DNA of 64,000 bases from Bacteriovoracaceae bacterium (GCA_018649885.1 JABIHA010000056.1:1-64000), one strand, 5' to 3'; positions 48,789-59,262 are shown, numbered from the stretch's first letter. Notes: a model not told the origin generated them from the letters alone. Made by a program: numbers and translations.

Positions 48789-49394
48789 CTAGATACAGTA
48801 TGATGGAAGATCAGCGTTTGTATTGTCTTCTCTTGCCAGTTTGTAGCGATCATAATCAGCTTTGGTAACTTGGCATTTTTGAAGTTTTACACATTTGAAC
48901 ATCTTCGTTTTAATCTGCTGGTTACCGTTTTGAAGTTTTGTTGTTTCAACATCTAATATCTTACCCCTGCACTCTGTCGTCTTATAAGGGTTTACTTTGA
49001 CTGTTGCTTGGCAGTTGTCTTGAGCTATTCTATCTTGAAGAAAGTCAGTGGCCTCAGCTTTTGAATTAAATGTTTCTCTTTGTTTTTTATTGATTTTTTT
49101 ATTTGGTCCAAATTCTTTTACTCCGCCGCTTACCCAAAGGATGCGACCATACCTTCTAATTTTTTCAATATTTTTGTGTCCCTCAGCCTTGGCCTCGTTT
49201 TTTTCAAGGATGGCCTTGGTGAAGCAAGTGTCGTTTACATCTGTTAGGACAATTTCATGAGTTTTTTGACTCTTACTTACTGTAGAAATTGTTCCTACCA
49301 CTGAGTCGTCTTTAGGTTCGGCAGTAGTTGTCTTATCGTTACTACAAGAAGTGAATACTACCAAAAAGGCCAATAGAAGTGACTTTGTTTTCAT
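48789..49394 (-). CDS. Cys-containing lipoprotein, unknown function
   Basis: MKTKSLLLAFLVVFTSC lipobox; GGAG SD. Confidence 0.7.
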   Translation of the reverse strand: MKTKSLLLAFLVVFTSCSNDKTTTAEPKDDSVVGTISTVSKSQKTHEIVLTDVNDTCFTKAILEKNEAKAEGHKNIEKIRRYGRILWVSGGVKEFGPNKKINKKQRETFNSKAEATDFLQDRIAQDNCQATVKVNPYKTTECRGKILDVETTKLQNGNQQIKTKMFKCVKLQKCQVTKADYDRYKLAREDNTNADLPSYCI

Positions 49395-49678
49395 ATATGT
49401 CTCCATAATTATTAAAGTGAGCCGATTGTGACATGTGCGTCATTATGCTGCAATATCATTGAAATTTTTACTGATTCTTCTATCTAAGCTTTAGTTTCCT
49501 AGGCCTTTTCAGGGTATCTAAACCACTTTAATTACAGGAAATAGTAAATAGGTATGTAAATATGGGGAAAGGGTGGCAATTTCCATGACACGGCGCAGTA
49601 AGCGTGTAAGATGGGCTGATTTTAAATTACTGTGTGTGTGCTCGTGCAAGCATATGAATTATTAGCGGAGGAATACAA

Positions 49679-52600
49679 ATGCCTTATCACTCTTTCAAGA
49701 GAGCAATGGTTTTATCCATCTTAAGCATCTCTACTTTGTCTCAAGTGGCTACTGCCGATGTTATTGGTAGCTTCTCAGAAACAACGAACCACCCCGGTTA
49801 CGTTACTACCAACAAAAATTCTGGCCAATATAAGCCAGTGGTTTTGCCGAAGCACTATAGAGGTGACGGACTTGAGTATGGATCTCCTTCTCAAATTATA
49901 AAAGGCTATATAAAAGACGGACAGGTTAATAGTGATAAAATTAACCAGGTTATCAAAGGCCTTGATTACTACGTTTCTCAAAATATGCTTTTAGAATGTC
50001 AGATGGATATTCTTAAGGATTACATAAAAAAAGGAAAGACTTCCAAGGAGTTAGCTAAAGACTATGATAAAATTGGAAATAAGGTTTGCACCAAATATCC
50101 AATTAAAGAAGAGTCTGTTGTTCAGGGTTTTTATACCAAATATAAGAAAAGTAGAGTTTTTGTAACCGCTGAAATTGCTAAAGATCGATTAGAAAAAGCA
50201 AAGTCTTATGGCATTTCTATTGCCATGAATGACCAGGGTCTAAATTCTTCTAAAGGATTGTTATTTGTTGAAAACTTGATCGAGGGTCTTGAGATTAATG
50301 AGGCCATTAGAGTTGAGCAATTAGATAAAGGGCTTGAAAAAGGTGCCGTTTCAAAAATTTCTCAAACAATTAAAAACCTATTGCGAAAATACACTATTAA
50401 GAAAGGAAGACCTGAAGCTTCAAACCTTTTAATTCCTTCTAGGTTACTATCAAAATATCCTGGTCGAAAGTACTTTTCATCTGATGAGCTTTCCACCGAA
50501 AAAGTTAAAAAACAACTTAAGAGAGTTGGAAAAGATGTATCCTCATTGACACCTGGTAATACAGGCTTATGGAGAAGTCCAAAAACACCAATTGGTGAGT
50601 ATAATACTGCTAATCACAATAATGGAGAGCCGATTGGGACTCTTTTAAATCATATGTCCAGACCTGAGGCAGAAGCCTTACTAAATCCTGAAGTAGAAAT
50701 CAGTGCTGTTTATAAAAAGAGTAAACATGTAAATGGAACTTCTCCTAAAATGGCAGTTATGATTTCTGGGCAAAAATTTAAACTGAAGTTCATAACCAAC
50801 AAATTAAAAGCGCCACCTCATATGAGTATTCTTGAAACCTTTGAAAGGTTTATGATGCATGGGATGGAGGTTAATGTAGAGCCGGTTACCAACAATATAG
50901 CGGCTGCTCTTGGTTTCACAGTCGATCCAGTTCATTTTCAAAAGTCTATCAGGTTATATCTACCAGGTAGTGACTTTAATAAGTCCTATGAAAAATTCAT
51001 TGAAAAAATGAAAGAAGATTTCGATCCAGGTTTAAGCATTGAGTCTGCTTTTGAAGACGGGCAGTGGCCTGATGGAACAGCTCGAAAAGTTATTCACTTT
51101 GATAAAAAATTACAGAAAAACTACCTTCTTTTAAGAAATGTCACTCTTGAGAAAAAGTCAGACAAACTTTCTGATAGAAATATCGGCCATTTTGCTAAAA
51201 CCTCTTTTGGTCGATCATTAAAAAGAGATCACAGGGCCATGGGACTTTTTCTAGCATGGATTGAAGATAAAGATGTAAAAGATGGTAATGCTAAGGTTAA
51301 GTACATCCCAGGAAAAGATCCAGAAAACTATAGTGATTATAAGATAGCTTACTCTGCAAGTGATATTGGCTCAGGCATCGGGATGGGATTTCCAAATCTT
51401 TACTCAAAAGAATTTGTAAAATCTCACAAAGTTGATAGAAATGGAGATGTTAAGAAAATTACTCTTGGATTCCATTCAGCATATCCAGTAGATATTCTTG
51501 ATGCTGTAACACTTGATGATGCCAAATGGTTTGCAAGCCTAATTATGCAATTATCTCCAAGGCAGATTTATACCGCGATGAGAGAAGGAGGCCGATATCC
51601 TAAGGTGATAGCTCTAACACTAACTGAAACAATGTTAAAAAGAAGAGATGACCTTGTAAAAGCTCTAGGATTAGTAGGAACAACCTTTACTAATGAATTT
51701 GGGCAAACAATTAAATATGAACTCACAAGTCAAATCAATGAAGAAAATGTTGAAAATTATGTGTTAACTGGAAGAAGTAAGACGGGCATTATTTATGACC
51801 CATCTGAATCACTAGATTTATCTAAGTACTTCAAGTTTGGACTTCTTACTGATCCTGATAATTCAATTTATTCCTCTGAAGACGACATCTTTTTAAGATA
51901 CTGGGGATCATCAATGCATTTTGGAAAAAACATTGATGAGAAAAGTGCCATTGAATTCAAGGCCTCTCTAACAAAAGGGCTTTGGAATGATTTAATCAGT
52001 TTAGTGGGACCGGTAATTTCAGATGAAGTACAGTTAACAAATGCTGGTATTGAAATTGATGGCTCAGACCTAAACCTAATTCCTTTTTGCGGTGGAGAGA
52101 AGTGTTTCTTTCAAGGAGCAAAAGTTGGTGTAGAGGGCTTCATCCCTTTTAGATATTACACAAAAAATCCTTTCTTTAATGAGGAAGATCCAAAATCCAA
52201 CAAATATTGGGTTGTTGATGTTTTCAGAATGGCCTTCGTTTTAGGAACTCCAAGTGCCACCATGGATGAAATTTTTGGTGATTCGGATTTAGGCATAGTA
52301 GGCGATAATTCTCTTTTCTCAGCTCAGGGCACAGTTGGCTTTGAATGGGTGAAAATTAGAGGAGTCAGAAATTATATCGAGGCCAAGGAAGAATTAAGAT
52401 CAAGAAGTAGAAAAGCAATTCCTAAGAAAAATTTCAAACAAAACCTTCTGGCTTCAATGGAAAATGGTGACATGCTTATTTCAAGTTCATTTCTTGGTGG
52501 CAAGGCCATGGCGAAATTTAAGTATCCATTATTTTATCTTCTAAATGCAGAGATCAAGGCCAAGACTGAAAGAATTGTAACCAATAGAACAATGGTAATG

Positions 52601-53848
52601 AAGAAAAGCTCAGATGAGGCGATTGTGACTTGGGAAAATGTTGGTGACAGTAATATCGAGCTAAGTGCGGGACTTTCTGTTCTATTATTAAAGTTTCCAC
52701 TTATCAAGGCAAATATCAGGAATCTTAATAAGGTTGATAGAAGTTATAGCTTTGATTTAAATAAACCAACTGAGTTAAAACTTGTAGCTAATTCAATAAA
52801 TAAGATGCTTCCAACTCAAGCTGATTTTCCAGAAGCTAACAAGTTTCGCGTTGATAAACTCCAAATGAATGAATTGGGGCTTATGGCAACATTTTTTAAT
52901 ATATCTGATGCAGTAAATGTTAGACAGAGAAGAATTGTTGCTGAAACTGACTTCACTGATCCTCAGAAAAAAGACAAGACAATACTAGTGTTTGAAAAAA
53001 CAGAAAAGGTTATCTCTAAGGTTGGTCTTCTTCCTGTTAGCAGAGATATTTACACGACAAAAGCAATCTTTGATCAAGATGAAAATCTATACGCAAGCTT
53101 TAAATTTGACTTCACTCTACCAGGTGCTACTAGAGATAAGTTTTTAAAATTTTATGAAAGAAATATCAATCTCTTTCCTAAGGATCTTGTAACTTTCGAC
53201 ATCAGCACAATTAACTACTACGTGGGAGATGTAACTATGAGTAGTGAGGTGATCTTATCAGATGAAGGTATTTATGAACTCTTTGGTCCAGATGAAGATG
53301 GAAATGTTAAGACAAAGAACGATATTTGTCTGATCTACGCCAAAGTTAATGAAGTTGAAAATGATAACACTCAGTGGTGTGAAAAATTGGTGGACGGAGA
53401 TATCTTTACCGTGGCCAAAGGTAATCATCCATTGGCCGCAAAGGCTTTTATAAGAGCTTTCATAAGGGCACAGAAGACATACCAAGAAATTGCAGATGAA
53501 ATTGGTATCACTAAAGGCAAGAAAAGAAGAAAAGCTTTTAAGTTACTCAGAAAGATCGTTAGTGTTTTAAATAAAACCAATAAGTACAGAAGAACACTTG
53601 ATGTACTTTTAGAGTATGTTTCTGATGACAATTACTATAGAAATGCACTGATTGATGTAACAAGGCTTAGATCAATGACTGGTAGAAACTATGAAGTTGA
53701 AATAAGTGATCATTCAAACGGAAACTTTGCTCCAATTAAAGAATACCTTGGGTCGAATCCAAGTTCATATCTAGACAATGTCTTAACAATTGTCCTCGAT
53801 ACACTTGGAAACTTATACGCAAACCCAATATTAATTAAGACAAAGTAG
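49679..53848 (+). CDS. Large secreted protein (1389 aa) with an atypical kinase-like domain and an unknown C-terminal region
   Basis: Signal peptide (VATA); GTSPK..FKLKF..EVNVE..AALGF; WIEDKDVKDGN; SDIG; GGAGG SD. Confidence 0.7.
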   Translation: MPYHSFKRAMVLSILSISTLSQVATADVIGSFSETTNHPGYVTTNKNSGQYKPVVLPKHYRGDGLEYGSPSQIIKGYIKDGQVNSDKINQVIKGLDYYVSQNMLLECQMDILKDYIKKGKTSKELAKDYDKIGNKVCTKYPIKEESVVQGFYTKYKKSRVFVTAEIAKDRLEKAKSYGISIAMNDQGLNSSKGLLFVENLIEGLEINEAIRVEQLDKGLEKGAVSKISQTIKNLLRKYTIKKGRPEASNLLIPSRLLSKYPGRKYFSSDELSTEKVKKQLKRVGKDVSSLTPGNTGLWRSPKTPIGEYNTANHNNGEPIGTLLNHMSRPEAEALLNPEVEISAVYKKSKHVNGTSPKMAVMISGQKFKLKFITNKLKAPPHMSILETFERFMMHGMEVNVEPVTNNIAAALGFTVDPVHFQKSIRLYLPGSDFNKSYEKFIEKMKEDFDPGLSIESAFEDGQWPDGTARKVIHFDKKLQKNYLLLRNVTLEKKSDKLSDRNIGHFAKTSFGRSLKRDHRAMGLFLAWIEDKDVKDGNAKVKYIPGKDPENYSDYKIAYSASDIGSGIGMGFPNLYSKEFVKSHKVDRNGDVKKITLGFHSAYPVDILDAVTLDDAKWFASLIMQLSPRQIYTAMREGGRYPKVIALTLTETMLKRRDDLVKALGLVGTTFTNEFGQTIKYELTSQINEENVENYVLTGRSKTGIIYDPSESLDLSKYFKFGLLTDPDNSIYSSEDDIFLRYWGSSMHFGKNIDEKSAIEFKASLTKGLWNDLISLVGPVISDEVQLTNAGIEIDGSDLNLIPFCGGEKCFFQGAKVGVEGFIPFRYYTKNPFFNEEDPKSNKYWVVDVFRMAFVLGTPSATMDEIFGDSDLGIVGDNSLFSAQGTVGFEWVKIRGVRNYIEAKEELRSRSRKAIPKKNFKQNLLASMENGDMLISSSFLGGKAMAKFKYPLFYLLNAEIKAKTERIVTNRTMVMKKSSDEAIVTWENVGDSNIELSAGLSVLLLKFPLIKANIRNLNKVDRSYSFDLNKPTELKLVANSINKMLPTQADFPEANKFRVDKLQMNELGLMATFFNISDAVNVRQRRIVAETDFTDPQKKDKTILVFEKTEKVISKVGLLPVSRDIYTTKAIFDQDENLYASFKFDFTLPGATRDKFLKFYERNINLFPKDLVTFDISTINYYVGDVTMSSEVILSDEGIYELFGPDEDGNVKTKNDICLIYAKVNEVENDNTQWCEKLVDGDIFTVAKGNHPLAAKAFIRAFIRAQKTYQEIADEIGITKGKKRRKAFKLLRKIVSVLNKTNKYRRTLDVLLEYVSDDNYYRNALIDVTRLRSMTGRNYEVEISDHSNGNFAPIKEYLGSNPSSYLDNVLTIVLDTLGNLYANPILIKTK

Positions 53849-53854
53849 TGAAAA

Positions 53855-53881
53855 ATTGAGCTCACCCTTGGTGGGCTCAAT
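53855..53881. terminator. Stem-loop between the two kinase-like genes
   Basis: ATTGAGCTCACC-CTT-GGTGGGCTCAAT; weak U-tract. Confidence 0.5.
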
Positions 53882-53972
53882 ATAGTTTAAGTAATGTTGC
53901 AGGGGCGATTAATTACATAGCAAGTTGTGGAATTAATCGGTAGGTTCTTAACTCCTAATGAAGGAATGGTAA

Positions 53973-56342
53973 ATGTCTAATTTAAAGAGATTGAATGTGC
54001 TGGCTCTTTTAATGTTTTTCATTATTCAAAGCTCTTACTCAGCAATCGTTGTTCCGCTGAAGCAAGCTGACAAGCTTTTTGAGTCATTTGGTGTTCAAGT
54101 AGATTACGATACGGAATCTTTTAATAATCTGATGACATATTCTCGTGAAACATTACAAAAAAACATTGCTTCAATAGATACTCTTAAGGAGAAAAAATCA
54201 GACCTGAAGAAGACGCTAGCAGAGTCTAAGGATAAGAAAAAGAAAGAAAGAAAAGCTCTCGGTCTTAAGAAGCCGAAGAAATTAAAATCTAAAATTGATG
54301 ATGTTGAAGATAAGATTGATGAACTGGTACTAGCAAATAAATTTCTGATCTATGCAGGTTCACTGCTGGCAGAGGCAAAAGACTCTGATGAAGAACTTGA
54401 AATGGAAAAATCATTTTACTTGGCCAAAAGAATGATTTATGGCCTGGTTGTTGAAGATCTAAAAAATCCACTAATATTCTTTTCTGTAATATGGAAACTC
54501 TTTCACCAATTTAGCACGAAGGTTGATTATATAGCTCCAGAAGATGTTGATAGAAAAATTAATTTGAAGCAAGCTAAAAAAGAAGCTCGCTCCCTTTATG
54601 ATTCAAAAACGGGGAAACTACTAAGAAAAGAAGAGCTTGCTAATTTAAGCTACAATGAAATTGCTGATTTAGATGTATTCCCAAATCATCCTACTTGGAG
54701 AACAAAACAGGAAATGGCCAGCTTAAATGGCGGCAATGCCTACGATGGACTTGTAAGTTGGACTGAACAAAGTGCTAATAAGCAATTGGCCTTAGAGAGT
54801 AAGAAAAAATGTAGAGATTTTAAAAACAAATCCAATAACAAGAATATCGAATGTCCGCTCGCTAGTTATACTCCAGACTACACTCTTGAGGCTGCAAGGA
54901 AAGTTCTTTTCTTTACCAAAGTGAAAGATAACGATACTAACCCTAAGATTAGTACCAAAGATGCTTACGGTATGAAATGGAAGGTGAAGTGGGGATCTGA
55001 AACGCAATCAGAAACGGTTGCTGGACGAATCTATCTTCAACTAGGTGCTCGTTATACAGACCCTCTATATGTTGCAAGACATAACGATGGATCAATGCTT
55101 ACTCTGGTCTTAGACAAGAAAGACAAGGAAAGTAAAAAATTAGAAATTACTGGTAAATCTAAACATCATAAAAAAGAGTGTCGCGAAATCTACACTTACG
55201 ACCACTTTAGAAAGTGCTTAATGTCATCAATTTATAAATTTAAAGTTGATGGATATGTGAAAGATCATGGAGTGATCACCGAAGAAAATGCCGAAGAGAT
55301 ATTAAAAGATCTTCCGCGAAATACTTTGAAACAAAAATACCAACTTAAAGATGCTATTGGCAGAGAGTATGTAACTTTCATTGAAACCTCTGTGGAATTT
55401 AGAGGCTCAAAAAAGGGTCTTGATAAAAGTGGAGCTGAAGCCTATTCATCAATGGGCGTAACAGACGATAGAGCTGGTAGAGCAACAGGACTATATAACT
55501 TATATGTTTGGAATATTGATGTACGAGATCAAAATAATTCAGCTTTTCTCTTCCATGACTATCAAGGAAATAGAGATCTTTATGTTGGAATTACAACTGA
55601 TTTAGGTGCCACAAATGGTGGGGCCCTAACATCAGCAAAACTCAATAAATTTACAGTTGGAGAAGACTTCGTAAAAATAAAAAGGCGTACAAAAAAAGTT
55701 GAAGGAGTCCAGCACTATAAATTGAAATTCAAACAGTTTATCCTCTATAGACCAGATGCGTGGGTAAAATCAACTCACTCTGACTTATTATGGATGGCCA
55801 AAAAAATCGCAAGATTATCCAATGAAGATATTGAATACGCAGTTAGTATCTCTCGCTGGCCAGATTTCATGCAAGAGATGTACAGATATAAATTAGAGGC
55901 AAGAAGAAATAGGATTGCTGAGCTATATGGACAAGAAGTATTACTTAGTAAAGTTAGTGGTCTTCTAAGAATGAATCCAGTACTAGAAGCGCCTGCTCCT
56001 TTTGAAGTCGATCTTTCTACAGCAGCTCAAAGAAGAGCAGTTGAAAGAAAATATGATTTGCCTACTAATTCCATTGATCATGCTATGGTTAAAGGTAAGA
56101 TAATCGATCAACAGATGAATCCACTAAAGAAGAAGTATAGAGACCAAGATGGAAACTTAAAGTTCATTGATGTATTGACTGCTGATGGAGATATTAGCAA
56201 GTGTCAAAAAACAGTACTCATTGGATTACTTGAGAAAGTACACTTCATTTCAGGTCTTGAAAGAAGAACTTCTAGGTTTACTGACTTTAAAAATTTAAAA
56301 GAATGTTATTTTGGGCACAGACCAATGGCACTAGTTGATTAA
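53973..56342 (+). CDS. Secreted protein (789 aa) with an atypical kinase-like domain; paralog of the upstream gene
   Basis: Signal peptide (SSYSA); TNPK..D..G.KWKVKWG.ETQSE..A.R; WNIDVRDQNN; TDLG. Confidence 0.7.
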   Translation: MSNLKRLNVLALLMFFIIQSSYSAIVVPLKQADKLFESFGVQVDYDTESFNNLMTYSRETLQKNIASIDTLKEKKSDLKKTLAESKDKKKKERKALGLKKPKKLKSKIDDVEDKIDELVLANKFLIYAGSLLAEAKDSDEELEMEKSFYLAKRMIYGLVVEDLKNPLIFFSVIWKLFHQFSTKVDYIAPEDVDRKINLKQAKKEARSLYDSKTGKLLRKEELANLSYNEIADLDVFPNHPTWRTKQEMASLNGGNAYDGLVSWTEQSANKQLALESKKKCRDFKNKSNNKNIECPLASYTPDYTLEAARKVLFFTKVKDNDTNPKISTKDAYGMKWKVKWGSETQSETVAGRIYLQLGARYTDPLYVARHNDGSMLTLVLDKKDKESKKLEITGKSKHHKKECREIYTYDHFRKCLMSSIYKFKVDGYVKDHGVITEENAEEILKDLPRNTLKQKYQLKDAIGREYVTFIETSVEFRGSKKGLDKSGAEAYSSMGVTDDRAGRATGLYNLYVWNIDVRDQNNSAFLFHDYQGNRDLYVGITTDLGATNGGALTSAKLNKFTVGEDFVKIKRRTKKVEGVQHYKLKFKQFILYRPDAWVKSTHSDLLWMAKKIARLSNEDIEYAVSISRWPDFMQEMYRYKLEARRNRIAELYGQEVLLSKVSGLLRMNPVLEAPAPFEVDLSTAAQRRAVERKYDLPTNSIDHAMVKGKIIDQQMNPLKKKYRDQDGNLKFIDVLTADGDISKCQKTVLIGLLEKVHFISGLERRTSRFTDFKNLKECYFGHRPMALVD

Positions 56343-56348
56343 TTTGTG

Positions 56349-56864
56349 CTAGAAATTCTCACCGAGAACGACAAATTTATACTGCTTGTAGCCAGCTTCT
56401 GCAGCAGTATACATTAATCGTTTTAAGTAATTATATTTCAGAGTTTTATCAATTACAAAATTAATGACCCCAGAAAATGGCTTGGCCTTATCGGATCCCT
56501 TTTTAATTCTTTTCGCCATCTCTTTCTTTCTCGTGAGCTCATTGAATAATGGAATGATCCTTCTGCCTCCGTGATCATAGGTTCTAGAGGGCAGTTTATT
56601 TAAGTCGAGTATGATTTGATCATCAACCCAAATTTTTTGAGGAGAAACCTGTACTATAACGCCTGCATTATTTGGAGCTTGTGAGGCGGATTTAGGAAGC
56701 TGGATGCCCTTGGGAACGTTGAGGATGATTCCAGAGGAGTTATAGCTATGTAAAAGAAATACAAGCATGATAACTAAGATATCGAGTAGAGACGTGATAT
56801 CTAGTTCAGGCACGGCCTTTCGGCTTCTTCTCATTTTTCCAAAGCGAATGGATCTATGTCTCAA
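56349..56864 (-). CDS. aglS: ExbD/TolR-family gliding motor subunit, AglS-like
   Basis: LDITSLLDILVIMLVFLL with conserved TM Asp; DK...Y..L..LM.TA..AG. Confidence 0.7.
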   Translation of the reverse strand: MRHRSIRFGKMRRSRKAVPELDITSLLDILVIMLVFLLHSYNSSGIILNVPKGIQLPKSASQAPNNAGVIVQVSPQKIWVDDQIILDLNKLPSRTYDHGGRRIIPLFNELTRKKEMAKRIKKGSDKAKPFSGVINFVIDKTLKYNYLKRLMYTAAEAGYKQYKFVVLGENF

Positions 56865-56873
56865 AAAAGACTC

Positions 56874-57401
56874 CTAACTCATTAAGTTACCAAAAATAAT
56901 TTTATCAAACAGTAGCTTTAGCCTCTCTTCAATACCGCTTTTATTAACTTTATAAAGAGCATCATCTGTATTTTTCAAGGTTCTGACTGTATCCATGATT
57001 TTTACGATTTTTTCGTATGAAATATTCACAAGAGGTTCAAGAATTACTGAATCTTCTTGAATATATCTTTTCTTCAAATTAACCAGGTAACTATGGAGAG
57101 ACTCTAGGTCATATTCTCCATCCTGATTTTTGCCAAAAGATCTTCTCACAACTGAGGGAATACCTGTCATCACAACTATATTTGTGTGACTTATTTGAAG
57201 AGTTAAGGCCAGTGGCTTTTTAGCAGGGGGAGGAGACTTACTTGAAATAATGGGAACGTTACTATTTATCTCAAAAATTTTGATAAAATTAGCTGACATT
57301 AACAAGAAGAAGATAAAAATGAATACAGCATCTAAAATTGGCGTGAGGTTGAGTTTTGTATCCTCACGCTTATTTCTTCTACGACTGGGTATTCTATACA
57401 T
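56874..57401 (-). CDS. aglQ: ExbD/TolR-family gliding motor subunit, AglQ-like
   Basis: LNLTPILDAVFIFIFFLL with conserved TM Asp; ISYEKIVKIMDTVR. Confidence 0.7.
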   Translation of the reverse strand: MYRIPSRRRNKREDTKLNLTPILDAVFIFIFFLLMSANFIKIFEINSNVPIISSKSPPPAKKPLALTLQISHTNIVVMTGIPSVVRRSFGKNQDGEYDLESLHSYLVNLKKRYIQEDSVILEPLVNISYEKIVKIMDTVRTLKNTDDALYKVNKSGIEERLKLLFDKIIFGNLMS

Positions 57402-57422
57402 ACTATCTTCTCCCAGATCTAA

Positions 57423-58079
57423 TTATTCAGATGACTTCTTTGTTCCAAGTAAGTCTAAAAGCTTTACTGAGAACTCATCAATTTCTGCGATAATTTTATC
57501 TGACTTACTACTTAGAAAAGTATGAATCATCATTATGGTTATGGCAGAAAAAAGTCCAAGAGCTGTGGTATTCATAGCTTTCGAAATACCTATTGCTAGA
57601 AGTTCAGCCTTTTGTGCTGGGTCAGCTTCTGCAACTGCCGAGAATGATGTAATGAGACCTTGAATCGTTCCCAGTAGTCCAAACAGTGTTGAAATATTGG
57701 CAACCATTGAGAGGTAGTTAAGATTTCTCTCTACCTTTGGTATCACTTCAAGCGTGGTTGCATCGATTGCATTTTGAACTTGATCCTGAGATTGACCTGC
57801 TCTTTTTAATCCCGATTTTAAAACTTTCGGAAGCATCGCCACAGAACCAGAGCAAACTCTGATTGCACCTTGAATGTCGTTCGACAGAATGTAGCGTTGC
57901 AATTCATTCATAAACGACGGTCCATCGACATCGTACTTAAATGAAAGCTTACTAAATCTTTCGAAACAAATTGCTATTCCAAAGCCCCATACTATGAGGA
58001 TTACCCACATAAATATCCCACCGCTTTGGATGAATGAAGCTAAACTATTAACGAGTGAAGTGATCTGAAACCCTTCCAT
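57423..58079 (-). CDS. aglR: MotA/TolQ/ExbB proton-channel subunit, AglR-like
   Basis: GGIFM, STLFGLLGTIQGLI.SF, GISKAMNTTALGL. Confidence 0.8.
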   Translation of the reverse strand: MEGFQITSLVNSLASFIQSGGIFMWVILIVWGFGIAICFERFSKLSFKYDVDGPSFMNELQRYILSNDIQGAIRVCSGSVAMLPKVLKSGLKRAGQSQDQVQNAIDATTLEVIPKVERNLNYLSMVANISTLFGLLGTIQGLITSFSAVAEADPAQKAELLAIGISKAMNTTALGLFSAITIMMIHTFLSSKSDKIIAEIDEFSVKLLDLLGTKKSSE

Positions 58080-58188
58080 GGATGCCGTTCTCCTGTTGAA
58101 TTTTTGGGCACTTAAGATTATTTTAATGTGTGGCGGGATTTCTTACTAGCTTTTTTTATAGGAAAATGTTGCTGGAATCATTATGAAC

Positions 58189-58773
58189 TTAACTATATAA
58201 CTCGGGATAAAGATTTCTCTCTATTCCTTCTATGAAAATATGGATGCATTTAATATGAATTTCTTGGATTCTATCAGTCATCTGACTTGGGACAACAATG
58301 GCGACATCCGCTGTAGCAGCTAGTTTCCCACCTGACTTACCTGTAAGACCAACTATTTTCATTCCCCATTTTTTTGCACTCTCACAAGCATTCAAAATAT
58401 TCTGTGAATTCCCACTGGTGGAAATGGCCAACAAAATATCTCCACTTTTTCCAAGTGCATCAACATTTCTTTGAAAGACTTGGTCAAACCCAAAATCATT
58501 GGCAACACAACTCATATGGGCGCCATCACCCATGCCAAGAGCTGCAATTGCTGGTCTGTCTTTTCTATATCTTCCAGTGAGCTCTTCCACAAAGTGAAGA
58601 GAGTCACACATGGATCCACCGTTACCACAACTCAGAATTTTCCCGCCATTTTTAAGGGACTCACTCATAAGATCAATAGCACTAGCTAAGTTTAGCGCAG
58701 TATTTTTGTCACTAATAAATGTATTTAGCGTTTCACAAGACTGTTTAAGGGCTTCTTCTATAAAAGAACTCAT
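58189..58773 (-). CDS. gmhA: Phosphoheptose isomerase
   Basis: CGNGGS, ANDFG, ISTSGNS, TDRIQEIH. Confidence 0.93.
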   Translation of the reverse strand: MSSFIEEALKQSCETLNTFISDKNTALNLASAIDLMSESLKNGGKILSCGNGGSMCDSLHFVEELTGRYRKDRPAIAALGMGDGAHMSCVANDFGFDQVFQRNVDALGKSGDILLAISTSGNSQNILNACESAKKWGMKIVGLTGKSGGKLAATADVAIVVPSQMTDRIQEIHIKCIHIFIEGIERNLYPELYS

Positions 58774-58777
58774 CTAT

Positions 58778-59101
58778 TTAGATAAGTTCATTTATTGAAG
58801 TTAGGATTTCGTGTTTGCCTTGATTTCCAACAAGTGTTTTTTTAACTTCTCCATCTTTAAAAAAGAGAAGAGTTGGAATTCCACGAATTCCATATTTTTG
58901 AGCAAGCTCACCATTTTCATCAACATTGATTTTTACAATTGAAGCCTTACCGTTAACTTCCCCTGCAATTTCATCAAGTAGTGGTGCAAGTGCTTTACAT
59001 GGGCCACACCATTCTGCCCAAAAATCTACTACTACTGGGCCATTTGATCCTAGTACATCAGAATCGAAAGAATTTTGATCAACTTTTTTAACTTCACTCA
59101 T
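58778..59101 (-). CDS. trxA: Thioredoxin
   Basis: [23 protein letters not shown] before the ATG at 59101. Confidence 0.96.
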   Translation of the reverse strand: MSEVKKVDQNSFDSDVLGSNGPVVVDFWAEWCGPCKALAPLLDEIAGEVNGKASIVKINVDENGELAQKYGIRGIPTLLFFKDGEVKKTLVGNQGKHEILTSINELI

Positions 59102-59262
59102 TATAATCTCCAAATAATGCAACGCGGGAGTGCCCTCCCACAACTTAGCTGGAGCATAACATCTGAAAATAAACTAAACAAGCTCACTGTGGTGTGCTCA
59201 TCGGCTAAAGGAATAATTTTCGCCACGCAAATAATAGGTATCTATCTGGTAATATTATACTA

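Noticed and set aside
49679..56342. Idea that the kinase-like proteins phosphorylate the Thr-rich histone tail
   Set aside because: They have signal peptides, lie 49 kb away and nothing in the sequence links them
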